Below the pieces are notes generated by a model. The model worked only from the letters and a program-made list of their open reading frames with translations. It did no database searches and was not told where the DNA came from. A stretch of DNA of 64,000 nt, from the NCBI RefSeq assembly GCF_001194135.2, contig NC_068985.1, forward strand, positions 106,042,103 to 106,106,102, in the 5' to 3' direction. The DNA is from Octopus bimaculoides. Lineage: Eukaryota. Below are positions 47,922 to 61,653 of the stretch, in pieces. Made by a program: the position numbers and the translations under genes. Each line of letters begins with the position of its first letter. Position 1 is the first letter of the stretch.

Positions 47922-49220
47922 TTAAATATTCCAATGTCCATTCTTACCATTCCTTCCCTGTGGTAAATTTGTCTTGAATTTTTGCTTCAGCATAAATGGT
48001 GCAAATAACATCAGCTGCATTTTGATATTTAGAAACATTTCCTGATGTTACCTTCTGTGTGTGTGTTTTTTTTTATGCAAATGACAGTAATTCTGTTTCT
48101 AGCATATTTGAAATCTCTTCTTGCTTAAAATTAGAGCAAGCTTTCCGTTTGTTAGATATCCTGGTTTCTTCTCACTTTCTGTTTAGCATTTTAACAAATT
48201 TCATCTCAACCCTTTCTTTACTGTAATTCTAATGAAATACACTCTTCATTTCAATCAGTTTTGAAAATAATGAATAGTAATTCTGTCCTTATTAAAATGG
48301 TGTTTGGAACGTAATTTAACATGGAATCTTAATGGGGAAATGGGTAATTTTAATTTAGGTTACTTTAAAACAGGAAGTTTGTATTATAGAACTTGGGGTA
48401 CTTCTGGGTGGGTTGGTATCAAGAGAGTTAATATGTTGCGTCACGTAAAATCAGTCGAGAAAAAAACATCTTTAAAAAAGTTATGACCACTGTCTATTGT
48501 TGATGTTTGATTACTTGCTGAAATAGCCATCAAATGAAATGGGAAGGTGTTTCATGTCTTTATTTTTGGGAAATGATAGAAATTTACAGTGGCAAAAATA
48601 ATTGTAATTTGTGGAACAAAGCAAGCAGCAACATTTTGCTGTGTGCTGCACTAATATAGCAACTGCACAGTAGCACATTCACACAGCTTAGAGGGAACAT
48701 TGAGCAGAATTTATGTCTTTTTAGTACAGTAAGAGAAATTTATTAGAAAGTGGGGAAAGATCTGAAAAAAATGAAAGAAAAGGTGGAATTAAGATAAAGA
48801 AAAAGATGGAAGTTGTGAGAATCTGAAAGAATCGGTGGAAGATACAGGGATGATTATGAGAATGGAGGATGGAGTTTAAAAAGGAAATGGTTCCCTTGGG
48901 AAGAAGAAGGTGACTATTAATGCAAGAGATGGGGATGAAATAAGTGCTGATTCCACTGTAAAATGATTACAGCAGCTGAGTAGTGTCAGGGTTAAAAGGG
49001 ATGGGTGTTAGAAAGGTGAGATGTGGGGAAATGCTTTACATAGGCAGATATAGGTACAGGGCCTGTCATGTAAAGGCATAAGCATGATACTTTTATAACC
49101 TCACTTTTACTGTGGTAGCTGGGACTTCTCAAGCACAACAGATCACCAATCATCTTAGTCTTCTGCCATCTCTGTGAGGCTCAACACCTTGATCTCAACA
49201 CCTTCATCTCACATCTTCCA

Positions 49221-51259
49221 CATTGTTTAATATCAGACAGAATTTGTGGTAGATTTTCTCCAGCAAGATGCCCTTCCTGCTGCCCACCTCACCTGTAATG
49301 TTTATTATAGCCAAACATATTTTTCACCGATAGCTGGAAATGAACAAAACGCACATTTAAAACCATCACACGATGCCAAGACAAGGGTACACAGAAGCAT
49401 GCACAACAGGCTCCCTCTTCCACAAGTTCCATCCACTTTTTTCAGCGATTGGCATTTCTTTATACAGCTGTCCTCATCCATATGCATCACTCTCTTGCGC
49501 TGTACATCTAATTCCTCTTACGCCCAACTTTTCTCTCAACACATTTGCACTTTGCCATACATGTACACTGATGTTACATATCAACTTCATTCCTTTCTGG
49601 TCTTTGCCTGTCCCCTGCATTCAGGGCCCATGTCTCACAACCATGTACCATTGCTGGTCATACACAAGCATCATACAATCTGCCTTTGACTCTGAGAGAG
49701 AGAGAGACCTTTTGTTGTCAACAGTGGTAATAGTTCTCTGAACTTACTCCAAACTATTCTTTTTCTAGCAACTATACTTTCAGAACTTCCACCTCCATTG
49801 CCTAGGTAACAGAAACCAACTAGTACATTGAGGGTGCCTCCTGGGCTTTTGAGACAAAATATTTCTTATGTGTCCCTAGTGTTTATTGCTTCTGCGCATC
49901 TTCCACATGCAAAGACTACTTTCTCATGTATGTATGTATGTATGTATGTATGTATGTATGTATGTATGTATGTATGTATGTATGTATGTATGTATGTGTG
50001 TGTGTGTGTGTGTGGGGGGTACATATTCTTAGAGGAAGGCAGAGCCCTTAAAATCTACCAGTGTTGAATTGGTAACTTCTAATGCAGGCGTTGTAAACTT
50101 TGTGTCTGTCTCTAAGTGGTTTAGCACTTCAGCAATCGTCATACCGGAAGTCTTAAGTGTCAACTACTTTTTTCTTTTCCCTCTTCTCCACTCCTTGTTC
50201 CTTGTCCTGCTCATTCTTTCTCATTCTCTTTATCTCTCTCTCTCTCGCCCTCTCATAGGATTGGATCTTTCTCCTTTTCTAAATTGTTAAGAACACAGTT
50301 TTAACAATGGGTACCAGAAAGAGAGAGAGAGGGGGAGCGAGAGAAATTGATGAAATGAACTGAGCAGGATACTAACATGTGAGATTGTTTGTTAACCTAA
50401 ATAAGTAGAGACAAGCTAAGGGTCAGCTTTGATGGAGTGATGGGGTTCCAGTAATTGGTCCATTCTGTATCAGCATATAGCAAAAAATAAAGTTAAAAAA
50501 TCTCAATAAAACTAGGCCATAAACCATTTATGCTGTTGGTGATTGCATTTCTCATCATCATCATTGTCATCATAGATTTAACAGTCATTTTTGATATGAC
50601 AGATCTGTACCTGTAGCCACTTCTAGTCTTTCTATCATTATAAAAAAAAAATGCATTCCTTAGCCATGTCAACAATTGCACTGCCACCATCATCCAAGCT
50701 GTTCCCATCAACATATGCAACCATCAAAAAAATTAGGTGCCATTGTTTTATCCAGATTTGCTTCAGCAATTCTATATATACTCTGATATTGAAAAATTAG
50801 TGAAGCTAGTATGTCTAACCATGATTTCTTATCAATGGTTATTAAGCTGAATAAAAAAATTGTGTTCATTTTTCTTTTCAAAATTTTTGCTTTGTTAGTA
50901 CGATATTTTGATATCAAATCTGTGATCCATGAATAGGATGAATAGGGGCAGGTGTGGATGTGTAGTTAAGAAGCTTACTTCCCAACCATGTGGTCTTGAG
51001 TTCAGTCCCACTGTGCAGCACTACTATTCCTGAGATAACCAAAGTTTTGTGAATGGATTTGGTCAATGGAAACTGAAAGAAGCCTGTTGTGTATGCTTCT
51101 GTGTACCCTTGTGATGGTTGAAAATGTGCATTTTGTTCATTTCCTGTCATCTGTGAAAAATATGTTTGGCTATAATAAACATTACAGGTGAGTTGGGCAG
51201 TAGGAAGGGCATCTTGCTGTGGAAAATCTACCTCAAATTCTGTCTGATATTAAACAATG
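49221..51259. repeat. ~180-bp inverted pair (49221-49412 / 51081-51259)
   Basis: SINE-derived segments sharing unusual junctions (cattgtttaatatcagacagaatt; cacctgtaatgtttattatagcc). Confidence 0.7.
49412..49830 (-). mobile_element. RTE LINE fragment
   Basis: MMHMDEDSCIKKCQSL..VDGTCGRG on the minus strand, preceded by MLV*PAMVHG-like codons. Confidence 0.7.
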
Positions 51260-51470
51260 ATGATATGTTTATTGAATATGCTGGTAGATGAGTAGAGGAT
51301 TATATAAAAAAGAATGCGCATGGCCCAGTGGTTTAAATGTTGGGCTTATGATCATAAGATTGTAATTTCAATTCTGAGACTGGATCATACATTGTCTTTG
51401 AGCACGGCTCTTCATTTCAGGCTGCCCTTGTTTACTCATCTGAAAATGAGTACCAACCTAGTGCTGGTGC

Positions 51471-51530
<60 letters not shown>

Positions 51531-52259
51531 TCCTTGATGTTAAGCTGAACAAAGAGTGAAGCGACCAAACAGATGTCAATGCAACTCCATAAGTACCTAA
51601 AACAATTAGCAAAAGTGCAGTACATGCTACTAAGTCATAGTCATGCTCACAAGTTATGCCTAAACTATATAAAAAAGGAAACAGCAGAAATATATTCATT
51701 CCTATAGGTACATAACGAGGCTAATGTGTTTGGATATTGGTGACAATAATAGTTAATATTGGTAGCTATAGATGTTGTTGGTGGCACAACAATGATCCAA
51801 ATTGATGCTTGATTGTACATACCAAAGATCAAAGGTATTCGAGGTATACCCATTCCATTTTATTTTTGGGAATAGTGTACAGCTGGATAAAAATATCCAA
51901 TGTGTAATTTCATAATTGGAAGTGGAAGGGTGTGGTTTGATGGATATTTACTTCTTATTTCTAGGTAGTTGTGCAACTATGTAAGGACTTCTTGTTGGCT
52001 CATGGTGGTTAGTGTAGTTATCATTAGTTATAATAGCTGTTGATTGATATAATGCTTAGTAGAATAATATTTAGTTTAGGTAACTATAATAATTGGTATT
52101 GATAACTGTAGTAGTTAATAATGTCTATAATTTTCTTGTTGTTTCACTTGGTCAGCCTTGATGAAAAAGTCCTATGATTAAAGACATTTCAGCATTGCTA
52201 TTTTATCTTTTGTTTCTGACCAAGACCTTTGGAATTATGTTGTACTTGAGAAGAAGACC

Positions 52260-52552
52260 CATCAGGCCAAGCAAAATTGCAGTCATGTCAGATACCGGTG
52301 TCACACAAATTGGCATCTGTGCTGGTGGCACATAAACACACCCCGGTGTCATGCAAATGGCACCTGTGCCAGTGGCACATAAATGCACCCATTACACTCT
52401 TGGAGTGGTTGGCATTAGGAAGGGCATCCAGCTGTAGAAAACCATGCCAAATCAGACTGGAGTCTGGTGCAGTCTTCCAGTGTGCCAGCCTAGTTAAACT
52501 GTCCAGTCCATTCCAACATGGACAATGGACATTAAAATGATGATGATGATGA
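52260..52552 (+). mobile_element. RTE LINE 3'UTR copy
   Basis: gtgccagtggcacataaatgcaccc...gggcatccagctgtag...(GAT)n tail. Confidence 0.75.
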
Positions 52553-53399
52553 TTGTGTATCCAGGATAACGTTAAGATGCACAGTGTGGTTTGAGGAAGA
52601 TTTGACTGTTATGTCTAGCAGGTTATGCAACCAGTAGTGGTTCCCTCACTGGCTAATGTCTATAATAGTCAATATTGATGGCTATAGTAATTGTTAGTAG
52701 CAGGAGTAGTTATTTGTAGCTGTAGTCATTATTTGTGGCTATAATTGTCGTTAGTAATCATAATAGTTTGTACTGGTAGCTAAAATAGTTATTGGTGACA
52801 ATAATGTATAAAATGCATTTAAACGCTGATCATATATGGAGAAGAAAAAGTCCTTTTGTTTAACATTGGGTCAAATATTTTTTCTGATTACAAGTAGAGT
52901 GGGTGGAAGGTGTATATGAAATGTATCCATATTTATTAGTTTTTTTTTTCTTTAGTAAATAAATAATTGCATATATAGCCAAATGGATAGAGTACTGAAT
53001 TATTCACTGAGCGCTCCGTGGTATCCTGTCACTGCACCTAACTCCAAGTAATTATCTCAAGTGGTATAAACTACTGTTGTGAGTGGCGGTGAAAATGTAG
53101 ATTCCATGATATGATTGTTAGAGTTTACCTCACTGAATTCTCTCTGCCCCATGCAAGCATGGGAAAGTGGGTGTAAAAATGATGATGACATGAAAATAAT
53201 ATTGCAAGTGAAAGATGACAACTGTCTCAGCCAAATGGCAGTTGTACATCGATCCATCCATCCTTACTGTCCACTATTCCTGGGAGGGCTTTTGTAGTAG
53301 AGTCCTCAGGCACCACCTCCCTAGGGTCCTATCAAAACCAACCATCTTTACACTTTCCAGCTGGATTCACAAGCATGACGAACTGAGACCAGATATTAT

Positions 53400-53640
53400 C
53401 TAACCATCTCCTTCTTGGTCTGCTCCTAGATCTCTTGCCATTTGGCTCAGCTTGAAGAATCCGTCTTGCAATCCTTACCTGCAACATTCTAACCACATGC
53501 TTGTAGCATCTGGAGCTGTGACCTCTCAATGCTGAGAAGTAGTGGCTTGACCCGGAGAGACACCCTGATTTCTGACCTACACACCTGTCGAGTAACATTA
53601 GTCCAGAGGTCCTTTGCAGGAATCCTTGCAGCAATCATAC
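53400..53640 (-). mobile_element. RTE LINE fragment
   Basis: HVVRMLQVRIARRILQAEPNGKRSRSRPRRRWLDNI (GHV.RM...R.P..G.R..GRP..RW motif). Confidence 0.75.
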
Positions 53641-54196
53641 TCTTTCAGTCATTACCCAACATTCATGACAATAGGTAAGGTTAGGCAATTAAGACAAATT
53701 TGAAAATTGGTGATAATTAAAAAGTATCAGTCTATCCTGATTCAGAGTGATCCACAAAGATAAGGTGATGAGGGACGAGGTGTTAGAATGATGAAAACAA
53801 TTCTCTTGTTACTTCACATTGTATTATTGATTATTGTTTATTTCATTGATCTATGCTTGTTTAGTTAATTGAGGTAGTTAGTGTGGCTCAGCAGCAGCAT
53901 CATTACTGTCTTATGTTATCTGAAACTCCCATCAACCCACCCACTGCTCTCTTTTCTTGTATGTTATATTCTCAGTGACATAGTTTAAGATTCTGTTCTA
54001 TAATTAGGTCACTGATCTTATGAAAAGTTACACTTTGTCTCTATTGAAAACAAGATAAAACTCCGCTGTGTTGCAACAATAACTAGAAACTATGAACACT
54101 CATTTTGCATTGTAGCTTCCTTATGTGTTAGGCTTGTTTTCCTATCATTTGGTCTATTGTTATATTGTTACATAAAGGAAAAAAGAAGCAGATGAT

Positions 54197-54231
<35 letters not shown>

Positions 54232-54499
54232 ATTTTTCTTAATCAAGAATATTATTGACAGTGACTTTGAAGTTTAGTTTCATTAAGTTAAGCCATCATC
54301 GGACTGTATGTAGTTTTGTACTCTACAAAAGTATAGAATAACCCATTAGTTTAATGTAAAATTGTTTTTATTATAACATAAAAACAAACATTATATATAT
54401 ATTTATATATATGGTGATGTTGGTTACAAACACACACATACATACACTTGCCTTTGTTCTGACACTGAGTAATCTAATTGTATACCTGTTTGCTTGACG

Positions 54500-54863
54500 T
54501 CTTACTATAATGGGCGTTATGTCCATTTGTCTGTCTGTACCCTCTTCACGGTCAAATGGCTAGACCAATGGTCACGATGTTTTTCGGGATTGCAAAGGAG
54601 GTAATCAGGAAGGTTTTTAGCAAAAAAAATGTGAAAAAGTATGATTATTTAGTAGATATTGAGTTTTGTATTAATAAATCACCTTTGATTTTTTTTGTCT
54701 TTTGGTAAAAATTCCGGCAATGAGAATTAACTCTGGATTCCCCTTCCCACATGTATAGTTCGTGGATTTAGAGGGTTTAAATTTGCAATATCCTTTATTT
54801 CCCATTGTAGACAGGCAGATTCCTAAAGATTCCACTTGCGTATTCACAGCAAAAAAGGCATGG

Positions 54864-54907
<44 letters not shown>

Positions 54908-54972
54908 TATGGCAAGAGGCTCAGGGACCAAATCAATTGACGTGTAACCCTTATGATGTGCTCACAGACTAG
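54500..54972 (+). mobile_element. Possible non-autonomous Helitron-like element
   Basis: 5' TC-TTACTATAAT..GTCTGTCTGT and 3' CTAG termini, CpG-richer interior with a poly-T run; subterminal hairpin is degenerate. Confidence 0.4.
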
Positions 54973-56602
54973 GTATATCACTTAGTTTTGTTTCAGTCTA
55001 TTTTGTTGAAGATAGCAGCTGCTTGTTTTATAATGGTTACACTTTGTGGTTGAAGTGGTAGATGTATCTGGGTACGAAAAGTATTGCTGTACATCAACTA
55101 TTGTATTCAACCTGAAAATAGAAACAGGCTTTGAATCCCGAGCAGTTAGGAAACTAGTTCAATACTGGAGTTGCTTCTTTGACACTCCTGGGGAGTTGAA
55201 CTCAATCCTGCAAAATATCAAAATACTTTTCACTTTAACCATGCTCCTGTTTTTCTTTTCTGTAGTTTTTAAAATGTAGGTTTCCTTTCTTGTAGTATCT
55301 ATTTACAGATAAATAGATTAAGCATTTATTTGTTGCTGTATCTTCTATGTGGATATAGCAGTGCTCTTGACATAATATGAACTGCTAACCTCTCAGTTGA
55401 TTGTCTAAACAGTGTCACTCTTGAGTTGCAGTGAGAGCACAAAAGAAAGGGTTAGAAACCCAGTTCTACAAGATATTTAAAGATCTGGTGTAAAACATGG
55501 CTCTATAGCTCATAAGGGCAAATACTGTTTGGAGTTCTTAAGGACAAACACTGCAAGGGTGTTATTAGATTCAATGCTATACAAAATTCTTATGGACTAA
55601 TACTGGAAGGGAATTGATAAAAACCAATACCTCTCTATTGCTGGTAGGATTTTTTGACAATCAAATATTTCCAAGAACTTTGTGAACTGAAGTTGTGTAT
55701 AGTTAGTTGTCCTGACTCAGAACAAGGTGATAAACCTACAAGGATTTGAATATAAAATCAGTTGGCTGATACCTAATGCATTCCAGCATTTCATAGACAA
55801 ATATTTGAAGCAAATAAAAATTTTCTAATCTATCCTACCTGTAGTTGATCAGTAAAATTTATCTAAAAAACCATACAGTAGTAAACTGATTATTTATTGG
55901 AGTAATTATTGTCCTTACATTAACAATTATCTCAGTTCTTGGCTTGCTTCTTTCTGTCTTTGCTTGGCAGTATCCCTAGCAATAGTAATGGGTGTGTGCT
56001 GGAGTTAGTACTATTTCAAAGTTTTGTTTACTCTACCCTGCAGTTGAAGTGTTTCTTTTTAGCAAAGAAGAAACTTTGGTGCAGCTGTGACTAGTTGACA
56101 ACAGGATGAAGGAAGGAGGGAGGTGGCTATTAAGAATTTGTTAATAGCTGTACTGTTTGACACAATTTCACATAGACCAAGCTCAAATATTGACAAGCTA
56201 GTTATCCCAACAACAATAATAATGATGCTGATGCTGATGATGATGACTAAAGCATAAAGCTATAGAATGTAGGCCAAAGAATGGGTGACTAAATTGGCCC
56301 CAATCTTTGACTAATGTGTCTACATCAATCTTTAGTTGTTTGTTGCTTTTTTTCCCTATGCTAACATGGTTTAGACAAAAATATCATTGAGACATTGTTT
56401 TACAAGACACCCTTCATATCACTAACCTGTACCTGGTTTTTAAGCAAGTGGTACCTTATTTCACATGTCTTCAAAGTCATGAAGAGAGCAGATGATTTGT
56501 TAATAGATATGACAGCAACACTACTTGTAGCTTGCAACTTTCATGCAGTGCAAATGTAAAGAAACACGGACGTACACACTTTCACATACATATATATATG
56601 CA

Positions 56603-56638
<36 letters not shown>

Positions 56639-57940
56639 ATCCTAAAACTAAAATGCTTTGTAAAAAGCATTGATGTGAGTGCTGGTGCCATGTACATTCT
56701 GTAAAGTACCCAGTACATTCTGCCTTAACATGATGATGATCACCAACTGAATTTGTTCATCTTGTACATGATTGGTGCTTATTTTGTAGGCTTCAGAGAG
56801 ATTACAGACAACATTGCGGGATTTGAACTCTCAACGAAAGTGACAAAATTATAATATTTATTTTGCCTTCAGTCTAGTACTTTACTAGTTCCACCGCCCC
56901 ATCACCTTAAATGTCTTTAATGATAATTCTAATTTTGGCACAGGGGTACCAATTTTGTCAAGAAGGGTTTAGTTGATACCATCAGCTCCAATACTTGACT
57001 AATACTTTATTTTATCGACCCCTTAGGAATGAAATGCAAAGTTGACCTTGGCAGGATCGTTATCATGCTGGGCGAAATGCTTAGCAGTATTTCGGCTGCC
57101 ATTACATTCTGAGTTCAAATTCCGCCGAGGTCGACTTTGCCTTTCATCCTTTCGGAGTCAATAAATTAAGTACCAGTTACGCACGGGGGTCGATGTAATC
57201 GACTTAATCCCTTTGTCTGTCCNNNNNNNNNNNNNNNNNNNNNNNNNNNNNNNNNNNNNNNNNNNNNNNNNNNNNNNNNNNNNNNNNNNNNNNNNNNNNN
57301 NNNNNNNNNNNNNNNNNNNNNNNNNNNNNNNNNNNNNNNNNNNNNNNNNNNNNNNNNNNNNNNNNNNNNNNNNNNNNNNNNNNNNNNNNNNNNNNNNNNN
57401 NNNNNNNNNNNNNNNNNNNNNNNNNNNNNNNNNNNNNNNNNNNNNNNNNNNNNNNNNNNNNNNNNNNNNNNNNNNNNNNNNNNNNNNNNNNNNNNNNNNN
57501 NNNNNNNNNNNNNNNNNNNNNNNNNNNNNNNNNNNNNNNNNNNNNNNNNNNNNNNNNNNNNNNNNNNNNNNNNNNNNNNNNNNNNNNNNNNNNNNNNNNN
57601 NNNNNNNNNNNNNNNNNNNNNNNNNNNNNNNNNNNNNNNNNNNNNNNNNNNNNNNNNNNNNNNNNNNNNNNNNNNNNNNNNNNNNNNNNNNNNNNNNNNN
57701 NNNNNNNNNNNNNNNNNNNNNNNNNNNNNNNNNNNNNNNNNNNNNNNNNNNNNNNNNNNNNNNNNNNNNNNNNNNNNNNNNNNNNNNNNNNNNNNNNNNN
57801 NNNNNNNNNNNNNNNNNNNNNNNNNNNNNNNNNNNNNNNNNNNNNNNNNNNNNNNNNNNNNNNNNNNNNNNNNNNNNNNNNNNNNNNNNNNNNNNNNNNN
57901 NNNNNNNNNNNNNNNNNNNNNNNNNNNNNNNNNNNNNNNN

Positions 57941-58489
57941 TTATCAACGAATAGCAAAGTTGGTCGCAGTTGGATACAACGTAGACAGATGAAACGAAAC
58001 ACTGTTAGTCATTTAGCTTTGGCACTGTCTCTGCCATTTCTTTCCCTTAATGATTGTGGTGGCGGCAGTGTAGGTGGGTGGGAGCATCAGCAATGACGTT
58101 GACAGTGGTGGTGGTGGTGGTAGTGGAAGTGGTGGGGGAGCAGTGGTGGTGATGGTAGTGGGGGTAGGGGCAGTGATTGTAGTGGTGGTTGTGGATGTGG
58201 TGGTGGTAGCAGTAATCTGTTACTAATTACAGCATCTGGTTTCTTCAAGATAGCTGAACAGACAGCTGAGAGAAACTGCAGTTGTAACATTGTATGCATT
58301 GCAACATTGCTTTCTACTCTGTATTTCCATTGGTGTTTTATATTTTCACATGCTTTGTTCTTCCAAAGTACATCTTAGCCTTGTCTTATATATTAATCGA
58401 CGAACTATTTTCGTTAACAAATATTCAGTCTGTGTCATAGCAGAATATTACTTCTGTTGTATACCTGGCACAGGTTGTACTTTACATAA

Positions 58490-58535
<46 letters not shown>

Positions 58536-59712
58536 ATCTACTGCATAACTTGCCTTCTTCATAAACCTACCTATGATTCCACTGTATCTCATGTGTGTCC
58601 ATAGTTTACACTTGGTACACTGTATGGAATTCCTACTTACTCCTTTTTTTGCAGGGTCGTGTTTTCTTTCCTATATAATAATACTTTAGTCCTTAATAAA
58701 TTTACTTCAGGGTTTCTCAGTTCAAGTGTTTTGCTAACATGTCCGGGATTTCTTCTCTAATTCTGTTACAGATTCAGTTATGCGAATTAGATCATGAGGA
58801 TATCTATATTCTCATAACTGAATGCTAAAGGGTTAAGGGCAGCTGCTTATAACCCCTTAGCATTCAGAATATTCTGTTAAATCTAATGCTTAATTATTCA
58901 CATCGTTTTGAATTAATCATGTATTATGTTGTAGCTTGGAGATTTTGATAATGTGCTTGTCTATTTTTAGAATTACTTTGTAGGCGAGGTGCTAGAGGCT
59001 GGATGTGGCCAGTTTGAATATAAAACAGGTGCAATATTTGGGCCAGATTTGGCAGGTTTAAGTGCTAAAGGATTAAACTCCTCTTTTATAGCCTGGAGAA
59101 CTGTGATAAATAGAAGTGAATTGAGAAGTGAGCCCTGACAGACCCATACCTGCACATTAAATATGTTTCTGTACTTGTTCACTTTATAGCATCTCTGTAC
59201 ATAGTTTGTATTGTCCTCACAGCCCTTTATTGTGATATTGACTGCAACTGTGATCTCCACATCTAGCATCCTGAAATGATACTGAAGAAAAGTCAGTACA
59301 TATTATACATGAATGAAAGATATTTTTTCAAGGATTCCTTTGCTCATAGTTAGAAGTGCCCTTTATACTTAAGAGTGTATTGTACTTGAATAAATATTAA
59401 ACGTGTGTGTGTGTGTGTGTGTGCATTAGGTGCAGAAATGGCTGTGTAGTTAAGAAACTGACTTCTCAACTACATGATTTCAGGTTCAGTACCACTGCAT
59501 GGTATTCAGGTGCTATTTTATTCACCTTGTCTTGCATTTATTTGCTTACTTGCACATACATATGTATGCTCCCACCCACCTACACTGCCACTACCACAAT
59601 CATTAAGGGAAAGAAATGGCAGAGACAGTGCCAAAGCTAAATGACTAACAGTGTTTCGTTTCATCTGTCTACGTTGTATCCAACTGCGACCAACTTTGGT
59701 ATTCGTTGATAA
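57941..59712. repeat. 147-bp inverted duplication (57941-58087 / 59566-59712)
   Basis: The two segments are reverse complements differing at 3 positions by eye. Confidence 0.9.
58853..59072. mobile_element. TTAA-type MITE (second family)
   Basis: CCCCTTAGCATT..GTGCTAAAGGA|TTAA ends; homologous to 47701-47921. Confidence 0.65.
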
Positions 59713-60654
59713 ATGTACCAGTCATGCACTGAGGTCAAGTCAGTCAACTCTACTTCGACATCTCAAACAGGTGGCTTTGTTCCAAGCCTGCAAATCATTA
59801 CCGTCATCACTGTCATTATTTCTGCAGGAGTCTTCTTACACTGCATATCTTGAGTGCAACTTGATTTGTTGTGCATGCTGATGTTGTGTATCTGTGTGTT
59901 TACATTGTAATGATGTTACAACACCTAACTACCACTCCTGGTGTGTGTTTGTTGTGTATATTACGTAAATATGTTATGTAATTCCTGTGGTGCCAGTTAC
60001 ATATTTTTCTCTCTCTCTTATCTTTCCTAATGGATCTTTTTTATTTTGATAATTTCTCCATTTCTCCAAGAATTGCTGGAAATGTTTGGATCTAATTATT
60101 ACCAAGAAAACACAAAGGCTGTTGCCTAGGGAAATGGCACAGTATCTTATAACTGATTTAAAATTTTTGGCACAAGGCGAGTAATTTCGGAGGAGGGGGG
60201 TAAGTCAATTACATTGACCCCAGTACTCCACTTGCACTTATTTTATCAACCCTCCCCCATAGAAATGAAAGGCAAAGTCAACCTCAGTGGAATTTGAACT
60301 CAGAACATAAAGCCAGACAAAATTCTGCTAAGCATTTTGCCTGGCATGCTAACGATTCTTATTTCTTTATTGCCCACNNNNNNNNNNTGTGTGTGTGTTA
60401 TGGATGGTCAGAGAGTGACCACTGGTTAAATAAAGCACTTAGCTGTATAGGTGACTCATCAGACTCAAATGGCTGGAGACACATAACCTCTCTACAATTG
60501 GAGGGAGGAAAATATCATGGTCATTTAATTTTGTAAGCATGACAGGTATCCAGTAAAGAAATTTTCAATGCCACAGCTTCCTATTACAATGAGTGTTTGT
60601 TGTCCAGTGGTTTAAGGACTGCATCTCCGTATGCCAGGGCTTAACACCCACGAA

Positions 60655-61320
60655 AGGAAGTGCCTTTGTAAAGTTGTTTGGTTTGTACCACCCTTCTCAT
60701 TCAACATCGAGACTTATGTGGGAAGGATATTCCTCAGATTAGTGGACAAACACTTTACATGGTCACATAGATACGGATGTTTGTTTAATAGACACAACTT
60801 AAGGGTTTCTTCAGGTGTGCACCCAGTGTTAAAAAAGTATTAATGAGCACCCCTAAGTCACACTCATTCAAGTATCGTCTTAGCAATCACAGGCCCTCTT
60901 TTAGGATACCAGAGAGGTGCAACATCATGTTCCTGGCCAGCTAAGTATGACATTTAAAAGAGGAGGGTATGCCATACCTAATTGAATGGTGGTTACTAGA
61001 ACAACCAAAACTGTACCTCAATGGGAGCAAACAATGCAAGCTTTGCTTGGTCAGAAATAGCAAAAATCCTGAAAAAACTCACTTGACCAGGGGACTTTTT
61101 TTAAACTCAAAAAAAAAAAAAAAAAAAAAGAGGTATCTAGTCAGTGCTCTCACCGAGGAAATTCATGTTGGAAAAAATGGAATTCCCCCATTTACCAACT
61201 AGGCAAATACTACCATCAACAGATATCTTTGACAGGCTTGTCATGGACCTAACTGGAACTGATGTCAGAGGGATAGCTCTACCTTGCTCAAGGTTTCGCC
61301 AGTAGAGCTTAATTTCATTC
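60655..61320 (+). mobile_element. Second PLE GIY-YIG-end fragment (internally deleted)
   Basis: KVVWFVPPFSFNIETYVGRIFLRLVDKHF..LFNRHNLRVS and WWLLEQPKLYLNGSKQCKLCL; the 3'UTR is shared with the 27.6-27.8 kb sequence. Confidence 0.85.
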
Positions 61321-61611
61321 ATCCTTAGTCGAAAGATACCTGTTGTTTTGTCCTGTTATTTGTATTTGTGTAACCTTCTCTGTTTTTTTTTCTGTCCTTG
61401 TTTTCGTATACATTCGCTGCTTTCTTCCAAGGAATCTAATGCTCTTAGCTTAATTTTTCCTTGGAGCTGGCCAAATTAGAGCAATCTCGAGTATAACCAG
61501 CTGAAATTGCAAAGATAATATCTGGAACTCGACTGAGGAAAAAAACCCCCGAATGACCCGTCCTTGTTTTCTTTGTATTGCCTATCTGGATGTTTTGTAT
61601 TCTTGTCCCAT

Positions 61612-61653
<42 letters not shown>

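Noticed and set aside
46751-55060. Candidate downstream exons of gene 2 (46841-46891, 46751-46891, 50756-50808, 53865-53958)
   Set aside because: Phase-compatible chains can be built, but AT-rich DNA easily gives hydrophobic short ORFs and no family motif emerged.
61505-61545. CTGAGGA...CCCCCGAAT..GTC in the putative PLE terminal repeat
   Set aside because: No pairing for stem II, GAAA broken and stem I unsupported; at best a decayed relic.
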